Shown: positions 30,186 through 38,596 of the stretch, piece after piece
Numbering within the stretch: position 1 is the stretch's first letter
How the letters are laid out: each line of letters starts with the position of its first letter
IMG/VR virus record: IMGVR_UViG_3300047272_000160
Coordinates: 1 to 38,872 of that record
DNA: 38,872 nt
Source: a virus
Lineage: Duplodnaviria > Caudoviricetes
Direction: 5' to 3' (one strand)
Notes under the pieces: model-generated
What the model was told of the DNA's origin: nothing
Databases searched by the model: none
Seen by the model: only the letters and a program-made list of their open reading frames with translations
Program-made: the position numbers and the translations under genes

Positions 30186-30874
30186 TGGAAGCAACACACA
30201 AAGAGGTAGGGCTTAAAGATGTCCTCGTTACCTACGGCGTGCCCGACCCACGCATCGTTGGCAAACTGCCCAAGGGTGGTATCCAACTTGACTTCGTTGG
30301 TCATGCCGATGTCACCAAGATGCTCATTGAGATTGACCCATGTTGGTCATGGGAACCAGTAGCGTTTGACACTGACGGTCTCCCTGCATACCGCATTGAG
30401 AATGGCATGGCACACATGGCTGGATGGCTCACAGTGCACGGGGTACGCCGTCTTGGTATTGGTTCGGTCGCACACAACAAGCCTGACTTACTGAAGGAAC
30501 TCTGCTCAGACTTCATTCGTAACTCTGCTATGCGTTTCGGTATCTGCCTCAGCCTATGGACGAAGCAGGAATGGGACGACATCCCAACACCATCGCTTCA
30601 AGCGAAGCAAGCAGAGTCAAAGACTCAGCCATACCCACAGCAGAAGTCAAAGCCAGTGCAAGAAAGCGCACCGTCTAAGAAGCCACGCACCTTGACCCCG
30701 CTATCGCCTGAACAGGTGGAACAGTTTGTCAAGGCTTGCGCCGATAAGGGCATTGACCCCAAAGTCGTAGCGTCTAACGCCGAAATCCCTGAGGGTCAGC
30801 AGTGGATGGAGTCCCACCTCCCCTCATTGCGTAAAGCATTTAAGGAACTCGTAGCATTTAAGGAAGGTCAGTGA
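30185..30874 (+). CDS. Rad52/Sak-like single-strand annealing protein
   Basis: LDFVGHADVT, WSWE, SDFIRNSAMRFGI; paired with the exonuclease. Confidence 0.75.
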   Translation: MEATHKEVGLKDVLVTYGVPDPRIVGKLPKGGIQLDFVGHADVTKMLIEIDPCWSWEPVAFDTDGLPAYRIENGMAHMAGWLTVHGVRRLGIGSVAHNKPDLLKELCSDFIRNSAMRFGICLSLWTKQEWDDIPTPSLQAKQAESKTQPYPQQKSKPVQESAPSKKPRTLTPLSPEQVEQFVKACADKGIDPKVVASNAEIPEGQQWMESHLPSLRKAFKELVAFKEGQ

Positions 30875-31056
30875 TGGCTAACAAGCGCACAGTAGACCCG
30901 ACCGCAAGTGAAGCATCGGCTCACATCATCGGCTTGCGTGTCACCAAGACACAGTTGGAACAGATTGCTTTCTTATGTCAGGCAAAGAATGTCAAGCGTT
31001 CGCAGTTGTTCCGTGACCTTGTACGCAACGCCATTGAACAGGAGTTGGCTAAGTAA
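30874..31056 (+). CDS. Ribbon-helix-helix DNA-binding protein
   Basis: IIGLRV strand followed by two helices, RSQLFRDLV. Confidence 0.7.
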   Translation: MANKRTVDPTASEASAHIIGLRVTKTQLEQIAFLCQAKNVKRSQLFRDLVRNAIEQELAK

Positions 31057-31232
31057 TGGCGATGAACTACAACTCCAACAGGTACCGCCAGCCCAGCGCA
31101 CACACTCGTTTGACTGAATCGTATGAGGCTCATGCTCGTACACAGGACAAACTTGATAAAGCCTTAAGTCAGATTAAACATCTTGAGGCTGAGGTTGCAC
31201 GGTTGGAACGAGAGTTGGCTAACCGTGGCTGA
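31056..31232 (+). CDS. Small coiled-coil protein (58 aa)
   Basis: Manual translation ending ...IKHLEAEVARLERELANRG; TAATG coupling. Confidence 0.65.
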   Translation: MAMNYNSNRYRQPSAHTRLTESYEAHARTQDKLDKALSQIKHLEAEVARLERELANRG

Positions 31233-31443
31233 TGACATTGTGACCCGACTACGGGAACACGCCAATGGAGACTTTGAAAAAACTTCCGAGTTCATGCTTG
31301 GTCTTGCAGCCGATGAGATTGAACGCCTGCGCAAACTTGTAGGTCAATCATTTACGCAAGTCATTTTTGATGAAGTGTATGAAGGAGATTTGGAAACTGC
31401 CAATGCTGAGTGGGACAAACTAAAAGAGAAGCGCAATGGCTAG
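31225..31443 (+). CDS. Hypothetical protein (DIVTRLR...AADEIERLR type)
   Basis: GTG start within ORF 31183..31443. Confidence 0.7.
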   Translation: MADDIVTRLREHANGDFEKTSEFMLGLAADEIERLRKLVGQSFTQVIFDEVYEGDLETANAEWDKLKEKRNG

Positions 31444-31654
31444 ATACGAGGACTTGCTTGACGAGATGGAGGAGAGGAACAAACTCCTCACACTCAAACT
31501 CAAGCGTGCCAAAGAAGATGCTAGGCAATGGCGTATGGTCGCCAACGCTTTAGCCCATGCACTAGCACTTCAGAAGCAGAAGAAGCAACCGCTGTGGGTA
31601 CACGAGTATTACCGCAAGTGGGAGAACAAGAACAAGGAATGGTGGGGTGTCTGA
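31436..31654 (+). CDS. Hypothetical protein
   Basis: 72 aa, overlapping operon arrangement. Confidence 0.7.
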   Translation: MARYEDLLDEMEERNKLLTLKLKRAKEDARQWRMVANALAHALALQKQKKQPLWVHEYYRKWENKNKEWWGV

Positions 31655-31964
31655 CCAGTGGATTCATGGTCGCTCTACATACCTCAAATACAAATGCCGT
31701 TGCGACATCTGTGTTCAGGACGCAAGACAGTACCGTGAAACATATATACCCCCAGGTATCAGACTTAAGCCAGAACCTTTAATCCAACGCTTAACTTCTG
31801 ATGGTCGCACATCACCCATCACCAATAGACAACTGAACAAGTGGTTAAGGATTGGGCTTGACTTGTACACGGCAGATAGATGGGCTGTCAAACTGGGGTA
31901 TCACCCCTACGAAATATGGGGCGATGACTTCTATCAAGGATGTGAGGATTATGTCCAAGGCTAA
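31647..31964 (+). CDS. Zn-finger plus HTH-like DNA-binding protein
   Basis: HG...Y...CRCDIC, then ADRWAVKLGYHPYEIW. Confidence 0.65.
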   Translation: MSDQWIHGRSTYLKYKCRCDICVQDARQYRETYIPPGIRLKPEPLIQRLTSDGRTSPITNRQLNKWLRIGLDLYTADRWAVKLGYHPYEIWGDDFYQGCEDYVQG

Positions 31965-32286
31965 ACAAAAAGGAACATCGGCTGAGACCGCCGTAGTTAA
32001 TTGGCTTAAGTCAGAAGGTTGGATATATGCAGAACGCCGTGCATTGCAAGGCAATCTTGACAAAGGCGATATCAACATGGGTGCGCCTGTTGTCATTGAG
32101 GTAAAAAACTGCAAGACCATCACACTGTCTGAATGGCTGAAGGAACTGAAGGTTGAGATGGCTAACGCTGAGGTTGAGGTTGGTGCTGTGATTGCTAAGA
32201 AGCGTGGCACCATGCAGGTCGGTGACTGGTACGCCGTCATGCCAGCCTCGGTGTTTGCCTTCTTACTTAAGGAAGCAGGGTACTGA
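31951..32286 (+). CDS. Holliday junction resolvase-like PD-(D/E)xK nuclease
   Basis: MSKAKQKGTSAE, DKGDI, IEVKN; ATG 31951. Confidence 0.8.
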   Translation: MSKAKQKGTSAETAVVNWLKSEGWIYAERRALQGNLDKGDINMGAPVVIEVKNCKTITLSEWLKELKVEMANAEVEVGAVIAKKRGTMQVGDWYAVMPASVFAFLLKEAGY

Positions 32287-32459
32287 TGAAAGAGTTTTAC
32301 CTAAAGACAGAAATCCCCGTTGAGTGGGGAGAAACAATCAAGGATGAGATTGTCAAAGACATGAAGAAGAAACTTCCTGACAACTCCACTATCAGATACG
32401 AGGGTTACATGGCGATGGGTAGCAACGACTTTGTAATCATCTACACGGTAGGTGAATGA
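32286..32459 (+). CDS. Hypothetical protein (57 aa)
   Basis: Manual translation MKEFYLKTEIPVEWG...; coupled at both ends. Confidence 0.65.
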   Translation: MKEFYLKTEIPVEWGETIKDEIVKDMKKKLPDNSTIRYEGYMAMGSNDFVIIYTVGE

Positions 32460-32872
32460 TGGAGGTCGGAGGCTACAACCCACAGTTTGACTTCAAGGCT
32501 GACCTAGCGTATGGTCATGAAGGCGAACAGAACCTCATTGACTTCTTCAATGCGTTCAACAACGGAGCAGTGGAGGTTAAGGCTGACCGCTACCGCAACG
32601 GACGCATGGCAGTAGAGACAGAGCAACGCCCGAAGGGTGGAGAGTGGAAGCCATCAGGAATAAATGTGACTAAGGCAGAGTGGTGGGCATACAGATTTGC
32701 ACCTGACTCCTACGCACTTGTCTCGGTCGCACGGTTAAAGAACTTCCTGCGTATCAACTACTCATGGTTAGAGAAGCGAGACTTCGCTAGCAACTCTGAC
32801 AACCCAGCACGGGGTTTCTTGTTGCAACCCAGCCATGTGCTGGAGTTACAGACCAACGAAGACTACGACTGA
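32459..32872 (+). CDS. PD-(D/E)xK-like nuclease-fold phage protein
   Basis: DLAYGHEGE, VEVKADR, SGINVTKAEWW. Confidence 0.65.
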   Translation: MEVGGYNPQFDFKADLAYGHEGEQNLIDFFNAFNNGAVEVKADRYRNGRMAVETEQRPKGGEWKPSGINVTKAEWWAYRFAPDSYALVSVARLKNFLRINYSWLEKRDFASNSDNPARGFLLQPSHVLELQTNEDYD

Positions 32873-32953
32873 TAAACTCGTCTAATCCGTTTAACACTTA
32901 AGACAGGAGACCTATGGAACCTACTTGACCCGTCCCCTTAAGAAAGGAAACCA

Positions 32954-33343
32954 ATGCTGAAACGCATAATAATCTCAACAATCGCCCTATCCCTACTAGC
33001 AACACCTCCAGTGGCGGAGGCTAAGACCAGCCACACCTGCCCCCGTTACGAGGCTCAACTCCGTAAGCACGGTCTGCCCGTAAAAGAGTTCTCTTACATC
33101 ATGTGGCGTGAGTCCCGATGCAACCCCAAGGCGGTCTCATCGCAAAACGGTGACGGCTCCTATGACTATGGCGCACTGCAAATCAACAGCAGTTGGCGAA
33201 CAGTCACAGCACAGGTATGCCAACGCCCTTACAACCAAGTCAAAAAGTCCCTACTTAAACTGGACTGCAATCTTAGGGTCGCCCGCTATTTATATAAGAA
33301 CGGAGGATTAGGGCATTGGCGTATCACCAGCGGGACTCAATGA
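32954..33343 (+). CDS. Secreted lysozyme-like lytic transglycosylase (SLT domain)
   Basis: Signal peptide (AEA), RESRCNP catalytic Glu, DYGALQIN. Confidence 0.85.
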   Translation: MLKRIIISTIALSLLATPPVAEAKTSHTCPRYEAQLRKHGLPVKEFSYIMWRESRCNPKAVSSQNGDGSYDYGALQINSSWRTVTAQVCQRPYNQVKKSLLKLDCNLRVARYLYKNGGLGHWRITSGTQ

Positions 33344-33381
33344 TATTGCTAGGGTAATACTGTACGCATAGGGAGAAACCT

Positions 33382-33804
33382 GTGGACGCAGTGACATACA
33401 AAAGTAGCCAACGCTTCTGGAGCAAAGTAGCCATCGGCACCCCCGACCAATGTTGGGAGTGGCAAGGCTCCCGCCGAGGCGACAGTTACGGTCAGTTGTA
33501 TATCAACAAGAAACACAGAGCAGCCCACCGCTTCTCGTTCTTCATGGCGAACTACTACTACCCACCTGTCGTAAGACATAAGTGTGACAACAGAGTATGC
33601 GTAAACCCCCACCATCTAGAAGGTGGGACGCAGACCGAGAATATGAGAGATGTCGTAGAAAGAGGGAGACACTTCTTTGCAAACAAAACCCACTGCCCAC
33701 AGGGTCATGAGTACAACCAAGAGAACACCTACACCCGACCCAAAGGAAGCCGAGAATGTCGGGCATGTAGAAAAGAACGAAAGAACAAGATGGTCTTGCA
33801 ATAG
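33382..33804 (+). CDS. HNH endonuclease with C-terminal zinc-binding domain
   Basis: CWEWQG, AHR, VRHKCDNRVCVNPHHL...N, KTHCPQGHEY...CRAC. Confidence 0.9.
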   Translation: MDAVTYKSSQRFWSKVAIGTPDQCWEWQGSRRGDSYGQLYINKKHRAAHRFSFFMANYYYPPVVRHKCDNRVCVNPHHLEGGTQTENMRDVVERGRHFFANKTHCPQGHEYNQENTYTRPKGSRECRACRKERKNKMVLQ

Positions 33805-33922
33805 TTGTAAGACATCTGTAACATTGTTTGTCGCAGTTAAATATGCGCCAACACACACCTGCCCTAAGAAAGCAGGACGGGTAACACCATTAGAGAAAGA
33901 AGAAGTGGAACCAAATGAGTAA
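33677..33922 (+). CDS. Small Cys/His protein, start uncertain
   Basis: CNSC...HTC in the C-terminal half; overlaps HNH and abuts ssb. Confidence 0.4.
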   Translation: MQTKPTAHRVMSTTKRTPTPDPKEAENVGHVEKNERTRWSCNSCKTSVTLFVAVKYAPTHTCPKKAGRVTPLEKEEVEPNE

Positions 33923-34319
33923 TCAAATCACAGTCAATGGCAAGGTCGGGCAAGAGCCTGAACTGCGCTACTCCGCAGGCGGAATGGCAATCCTCACCTT
34001 CTCTGTCGCAGACACATACGGCAAGGACGACAAGAAGAAGACAACATGGCACAACATCACGGTGTTCTCCAAGTTGGCAGAGAATGTTGCTAGCACCATC
34101 TCTAAGGGTTCAACAGTCATCGTTGTTGGACGCTACGAGCAGGACGAGTTCACCAAGAAAGACGGCACCAAGGGCAAGAGCCTGAAGTTAATCGCTGATG
34201 AGGTCGGCGTGTCCTGTCGCTGGGACATTTGGGTCAAGGACTCAACCGAGCAGACAATGGCACAGATTGGAAAGGTCTTCCCATCCATGTCGCCAGTCAC
34301 TGAAGACGAGTTCTTCTAA
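33915..34319 (+). CDS. ssb: Single-stranded DNA-binding protein
   Basis: GKVGQEPELRY, FSVA, TTWHNITVF, KGSTVIVVGR, acidic-aromatic tail EDEFF. Confidence 0.92.
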   Translation: MSNQITVNGKVGQEPELRYSAGGMAILTFSVADTYGKDDKKKTTWHNITVFSKLAENVASTISKGSTVIVVGRYEQDEFTKKDGTKGKSLKLIADEVGVSCRWDIWVKDSTEQTMAQIGKVFPSMSPVTEDEFF

Positions 34320-35134
34320 TGAGCGAATACCCGCTGAGGGTCTTGTCGTTGGGGGCAGGGGTGCAATCAACAACCCTGCTCCTAATGATGTTGCATGGGG
34401 AAATCCCAATGGCAGACCATGTAATCTTCGCTGATACAGGATGGGAACCTAAGAAGGTGTACGAACACCTTGAATGGCTTAAGACCTTGATGGACAAAGC
34501 AAACATCCCTTTCCATATCGTGAGCAAAGGAAACATCCGAGAGGATTTCCTGACCGAAGGAAAGCGTTACGCCTCCATGCCATTACACATGGTCGGAGAA
34601 GATGGCAAGAAAGGTATGGTTCGCCGTCAATGCACAGCCGAATACAAACTTGCCCCACTCATGAAGAAGCAACGAGAACTAGCAGGTCTTAAGTCAGGGC
34701 AACGCTGCAAAGAACACCGCATTACCACCATCATTGGTATCTCATGGGATGAAGTGCAGCGCATCAAAGACCCACAGTTCTCATGGATTGAACACGAGTA
34801 CCCACTTGTAGACCGCAAGATATCCCGACAGGATTGTCTTGACTGGTGCGCTGATAAAGGCTACGCCCTCCCGCCACGGTCGGCATGTATCGGTTGCCCA
34901 TTCAAGAACGCTGATGAATGGCGTGCCTTAAGTGAGATGCCTGAAGAATGGGCTGACGCAGTGGAGTTTGACGAGGCGTTACGCACAGTGCCACACCTCA
35001 TTGAACGCTACCGTGGTACCCCATACCTACACTCAAGCCGTGTTGAACTACGCAATGTGGACTTAAGAACGGACGCAGAACGAGGGATTGTTTCCTTGTT
35101 TGACCAAGAGTGCGAAGGAATGTGCGGGCTATGA
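34319..35134 (+). CDS. PP-loop (adenine nucleotide alpha-hydrolase; PAPS reductase/DndC-like) enzyme
   Basis: SLGAGVQS, FADTGWE, RQCT..YK, IGISWDE, YPL, SACIGCPF, C-terminal CEGMC. Confidence 0.8.
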   Translation: MSEYPLRVLSLGAGVQSTTLLLMMLHGEIPMADHVIFADTGWEPKKVYEHLEWLKTLMDKANIPFHIVSKGNIREDFLTEGKRYASMPLHMVGEDGKKGMVRRQCTAEYKLAPLMKKQRELAGLKSGQRCKEHRITTIIGISWDEVQRIKDPQFSWIEHEYPLVDRKISRQDCLDWCADKGYALPPRSACIGCPFKNADEWRALSEMPEEWADAVEFDEALRTVPHLIERYRGTPYLHSSRVELRNVDLRTDAERGIVSLFDQECEGMCGL

Positions 35135-35391
35135 GCGACCCATTAGAAATGCCATTTGATGTATGGATGGAGATTGGCTTAAGACAGGGGTTCTGCACAC
35201 CACCAGTGTGCGAGACCCACGATGGGCTACCCACCACACCTGACGAAGATGAAGCGTTTGAGAACGGAGACGACCCATGTATTCATGTCTTACGCCTGTA
35301 TGCCAGCCCTCAAGAGAAAGCCGATTGTGAAGAGAACCACTCGCCAACGGTCTACCGCAACCCCTTCCCCGAACTTAGAGCCTTATCCTGA
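35131..35391 (+). CDS. Hypothetical protein (C.THDG.P...DPC.H motif)
   Basis: ATGA coupling with the previous gene; Cys/His motif. Confidence 0.7.
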   Translation: MSDPLEMPFDVWMEIGLRQGFCTPPVCETHDGLPTTPDEDEAFENGDDPCIHVLRLYASPQEKADCEENHSPTVYRNPFPELRALS

Positions 35392-35524
35392 CCAACGACA
35401 GTGCGACCACTGCGGAACTATCGCTCGTGCTATCACCATCTGGGAACCGCATGAGATAGCAGGCTGTGGTTGTGCCTGCCATTGGGCTAGAAGATACGAC
35501 TCAAGAAACAAGAAGAAGAAGTGA
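35222..35524 (+). CDS. Small Cys-rich protein, start uncertain
   Basis: CDHC...CGCACH near the 3' end; GTGA coupling to whiB. Confidence 0.4.
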   Translation: MGYPPHLTKMKRLRTETTHVFMSYACMPALKRKPIVKRTTRQRSTATPSPNLEPYPDQRQCDHCGTIARAITIWEPHEIAGCGCACHWARRYDSRNKKKK

Positions 35525-35796
35525 AGCACTGGAGCGACCAAGCAAACTGCAAAGGAATGGACTCCGACATCTTCTTCCCTGAAACATTCGGTGACCAACA
35601 GAACGGAATGATATGGGCACAGGCAAAGGTCATCTGTGCTGACTGCCCTGTCAAACTTGACTGCCTTAAGTCAGAACTAGAACACGAAGCAATCAGCGGT
35701 CGGCGCAATGGGGTATGGGGTGGGCTAACCCCAAAGGAACGAGACCAGTATGTTCGTATGAACAAGCCCCTCATCGTACAAATGAAGAAGCCCTAG
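35521..35796 (+). CDS. whiB: WhiB family Fe-S transcription factor
   Basis: Four Cys (ANC...CADC...C), IFFP, GVWGGLTPKER. Confidence 0.93.
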   Translation: MKHWSDQANCKGMDSDIFFPETFGDQQNGMIWAQAKVICADCPVKLDCLKSELEHEAISGRRNGVWGGLTPKERDQYVRMNKPLIVQMKKP

Positions 35797-35826
35797 CCAC
35801 TGGGAAGGGGAACCAGCGACTAGGGC
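35790..35826. terminator. Hairpin at the convergence of rightward and leftward transcription
   Basis: GCCCTAG/CTAGGGC and CTGG/CCAG stems around a GAAGGGGAA loop; no strong T-tract. Confidence 0.5.
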
Positions 35827-35845
35827 AAACCTCAGTGTATCAGAT

Positions 35846-36139
35846 TTAGATACTTATCTTGCAGATTGTGTAGCGGTATTTCCATGCGACCTCACAACTC
35901 TCCATCTCACGGCGAGCCACCTCCTCGGAGGGGAACACAGAAGCCCTGCTCTGTGTCTTAGTCCACTTCCACACCTCGTCCCTATCCCAACGGAAGAACT
36001 TGACAGAGTTACCCATCATCTCTTGCGCCACAATCCACCCGTGGTCGGGCTTGATGTAGTTGTCGTAAGGCTTGCGTTCTTTAAGACTTATCTTCTCGCC
36101 AAGGATTACCTGTCGTAAGACACGATGTAACGCTTTCAT
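35846..36139 (-). CDS. Hypothetical early protein
   Basis: 97 aa, TAATG coupling. Confidence 0.7.
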   Translation of the reverse strand: MKALHRVLRQVILGEKISLKERKPYDNYIKPDHGWIVAQEMMGNSVKFFRWDRDEVWKWTKTQSRASVFPSEEVARREMESCEVAWKYRYTICKISI

Positions 36140-36336
36140 TAGAACGGCTCCGCTGTCCAGTAGTCAGGGTTGAGACCAGTACACACGGGGCATAGGTCGG
36201 CGGGTACACCATCAACGGTGTTGTAGAACCAGCCGTCTTTCCACTCTGCTACTCGTGCGTCTGTCGGTGTGCCGTGATGGGTAAGCGGTGAGATACCCTC
36301 GCACTTGTCGCATTGGAGTCTGACGATTGTGGTCAC
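36139..36336 (-). CDS. Small zinc-finger protein
   Basis: CDKC...GW...DLCPVC. Confidence 0.75.
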   Translation of the reverse strand: MTTIVRLQCDKCEGISPLTHHGTPTDARVAEWKDGWFYNTVDGVPADLCPVCTGLNPDYWTAEPF

Positions 36337-36674
36337 AGTCCTTGCTCCTTCAGCCAGCGGTTAAGCCCTGTCTGCCAGCATGTGAACGCCATGGCAAACG
36401 GTACGAGCGACCCAAGAATGTTGTAGTCCATCGTGTAGCACCCTGCGATAAAGAACCCGAAGCCAAGGAAAGCACGAGACTTAAGCCCCGACCTAAGCAT
36501 GGGTCGTCCTGCTCGGAAGTTCACCATGTTGGTGCGCTCACGGATTGTGAGTGGTTCGCACTCGGCGCACAGGTTGTAATCCCGTACTGGTGGTAGGTCG
36601 GTGTTCCAACAGCGGTAGCACACTCGGTTGTCTTGCCAATGCCTAACGGCGGGGTGGTTGGGTGAGAAGTTCAT
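36333..36674 (-). CDS. Zn-finger plus two-TM membrane protein
   Basis: CYRC...CAEC followed by hydrophobic segments. Confidence 0.7.
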   Translation of the reverse strand: MNFSPNHPAVRHWQDNRVCYRCWNTDLPPVRDYNLCAECEPLTIRERTNMVNFRAGRPMLRSGLKSRAFLGFGFFIAGCYTMDYNILGSLVPFAMAFTCWQTGLNRWLKEQGL

Positions 36675-36898
36675 GACTTAAGTCCTTCGTTTAGTTGCTT
36701 GATTGCTTTAGTGATTTGTTCGGTCAGTTGCTCGGCTTGAGGGTAGAACTCCCCGTCACCTGAGTAGTCAAGATGCCACAGCATTTCCTCCATGTCAAGG
36801 ATTGTCCCGTTAGGAAACATTGCCGCTTCTGCTTCTGCGTCCAACTCCCACTCGTTGCGGTCGGTGTTGTACGAGATGATGTAGTGGTGGATAGCCAT
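36671..36898 (-). CDS. Acidic hypothetical early protein
   Basis: 75 aa, AAAGGGG RBS. Confidence 0.75.
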   Translation of the reverse strand: MAIHHYIISYNTDRNEWELDAEAEAAMFPNGTILDMEEMLWHLDYSGDGEFYPQAEQLTEQITKAIKQLNEGLKS

Positions 36899-36901
36899 GT
36901 C

Positions 36902-37165
36902 TTAAGCCCCTTTCTGCCTTTGGAAAACTGTCTTGTATGTGTCGGTGTTGGTGGTCATGTAACCAGTCCCATCGTCAGCCAACGGGTACACAGTCACGGT
37001 CATCTGCCCATCACATGAGTAGAGATTGAGGTCGTAACCATCGTGTGAGTTCCACTCGTCATGCTCTTGGTCTTGGTGGTGCCACTTCGGGTGCTTCACC
37101 ATGAACGCTAACGCCCATGCTTTGCCGAACCTTTCCACGCTCTTGGGTACTTGTAGTTCTTTCAT
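36902..37165 (-). CDS. Hypothetical early protein
   Basis: 87 aa, operon packing. Confidence 0.75.
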   Translation of the reverse strand: MKELQVPKSVERFGKAWALAFMVKHPKWHHQDQEHDEWNSHDGYDLNLYSCDGQMTVTVYPLADDGTGYMTTNTDTYKTVFQRQKGA

Positions 37166-37168
37166 GTC

Positions 37169-37447
37169 TTAAGCCTCGCTCCCGTTGGTCGCTTCATAGA
37201 TTGCTTCGTCAAGTGTTTCGTTGCCGACCTCGCAAAGAACATTGTCAAGAGTCTTGCGCCACCATGTCGTGAACTTGACTGCTTCAACCATTCCTTCCAT
37301 GTGCTCTTCTGCGATGTCGTCATCTGCTAAACGCTGGCGGATATCTTCATCGGTGAAAATGCACCCGACCCAACCAAACTTCCCGCACATACGGTGGAAC
37401 AGTTGGATTGCCTCCTGCTCCTGCATTTCTTCTAGTTGCTTATTCAT
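37169..37447 (-). CDS. Acidic hypothetical early protein
   Basis: 92 aa, GAAGGGG RBS. Confidence 0.75.
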   Translation of the reverse strand: MNKQLEEMQEQEAIQLFHRMCGKFGWVGCIFTDEDIRQRLADDDIAEEHMEGMVEAVKFTTWWRKTLDNVLCEVGNETLDEAIYEATNGSEA

Positions 37448-37483
37448 TTTGTTTGCCCCCTTCTAGGACTTGTTGTTGTTAGT

Positions 37484-37549
37484 AGTTAATCAAACCGTTT
37501 GACATTTGTCAAGGGTATTCGGACAATTCTTTTTGTGACCTGTGTCACA
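37484..37549 (-). promoter_or_regulatory. Early promoter TTGACA-17-TTAACT with perfect CRP-type box
   Basis: -35 at 37507-37512, -10 at 37484-37489; TGTGA-CCTGTG-TCACA at 37534-37549. Confidence 0.8.
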
Positions 37550-37703
37550 CATTCAGACTTAAGTCAGGAACCTTCACACGCTCAATCTGCACATCGTCAT
37601 ACCCATCGTTGATGAATACCAGCGCAGTCTCAACCGCTTCATTCCATGTGGAATGGAAGTCATTAACTTCCACGCCACCGACCCAAACTACATACTTAGC
37701 CAT
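37545..37703 (-). CDS. Hypothetical early protein (52 aa)
   Basis: Manual translation MAKYVVWVGGVEVND...GYDDVQIE; absent from ORF track. Confidence 0.7.
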   Translation of the reverse strand: MAKYVVWVGGVEVNDFHSTWNEAVETALVFINDGYDDVQIERVKVPDLSLNV

Positions 37704-37705
37704 GA

Positions 37706-38281
37706 CTATGCCCCCACTTCTACGAGTGCTGACTTAAGAACCGTAATCATTCGGTGCATTGCCTCTTCGTTAAAGGCAACTGTTACTTTATGCCACGATG
37801 CGCCGACCTCATCATCGTTCGGCAAAATACCAGCGCACACCAACGCATTAGCGAAAGAGTCACGCAAGTCATGCAAGCGGTTAGCCTCTGCTTCATTCTC
37901 TGCCCGTGCACGCTCACGGTTCTCGTGATAAGTAATGAAGTCAGCGAGCAATTCTTTTGCGGTCTTCTCTGACTTAATGATTAACCGAGTTGGCATTGAC
38001 TTGATGTCGCCGTACTTAAGAAAGGAACGCTCTGCGATTGAGCGGGTATCCACTACGGGCTTACCTTCCTCATCTTTAACGGTCGCTCCGTTCTCGTCTC
38101 GCACATAATAGGAGGCGGTTGGGTTCACATCTTTGATACGGACACATGACTTATCGTAGGAAGTTCCTACAACTTGGAAGTAGGTGGGGTACTCGCTGTA
38201 CTTACCCGCCTCTGCATTAGCGTTCTTGAAGACCGCCTCAGGATTGTTAAGGATTATCTCTAGGATATCTTGACGCTTCAT
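37706..38281 (-). CDS. Hypothetical early protein
   Basis: 191 aa, GAAGGGGG RBS. Confidence 0.8.
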   Translation of the reverse strand: MKRQDILEIILNNPEAVFKNANAEAGKYSEYPTYFQVVGTSYDKSCVRIKDVNPTASYYVRDENGATVKDEEGKPVVDTRSIAERSFLKYGDIKSMPTRLIIKSEKTAKELLADFITYHENRERARAENEAEANRLHDLRDSFANALVCAGILPNDDEVGASWHKVTVAFNEEAMHRMITVLKSALVEVGA

Positions 38282-38389
38282 TGTGTTGCCCCCTTCAGGA
38301 CTTTGCTACTGCTCGGCACTTTGCCTCGCATGGTGGGCGGATAGGACTTGCACCTATCTGTCGGCTGGTCGCCCCGTTGATGTGTCTCT

Positions 38390-38444
38390 AGTTAATCAAC
38401 TGTCTAACGCTATGTCAAGTCAATCTTCTGTGGCGTTTGTCACA
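38390..38444 (-). promoter_or_regulatory. Early promoter TTGACA-17-TTAACT with CRP-type box
   Basis: -35 at 38413-38418, -10 at 38390-38395; TGTGG-CGTTTG-TCACA at 38429-38444. Confidence 0.75.
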
Positions 38445-38596
38445 CCCCCTGCCTTAAGACTTGCTAGTTCTTTCTCGGTCTTCAGAATGTTGAGCCGCAA
38501 GTCGTGAGCCATTTGAGTACGGCTACCGAACAAGTCCACCTCCACCTCTAGCCCTGCCTTAAGACTCTCAAGGTACTGCTCCAGTTCCTCTCTCAT
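38420..38596 (-). CDS. Hypothetical early protein (58 aa)
   Basis: Manual translation MREELEQYLESLKAG...SLKAGGVTNATED; ATGA coupling. Confidence 0.65.
   Translation of the reverse strand: MREELEQYLESLKAGLEVEVDLFGSRTQMAHDLRLNILKTEKELASLKAGGVTNATED

Noticed and set aside
33382-33804. HNH gene as part of a self-splicing intron
   Set aside because: Flanking genes look intact and no intron core was seen; treated as a free-standing HNH
34319-35134. Sulfur-assimilation auxiliary gene cysH, or canonical queC
   Set aside because: No other sulfur or que biosynthesis genes; the PP-loop and Cys pattern differ from the canonical SGGxDS enzymes; function left open
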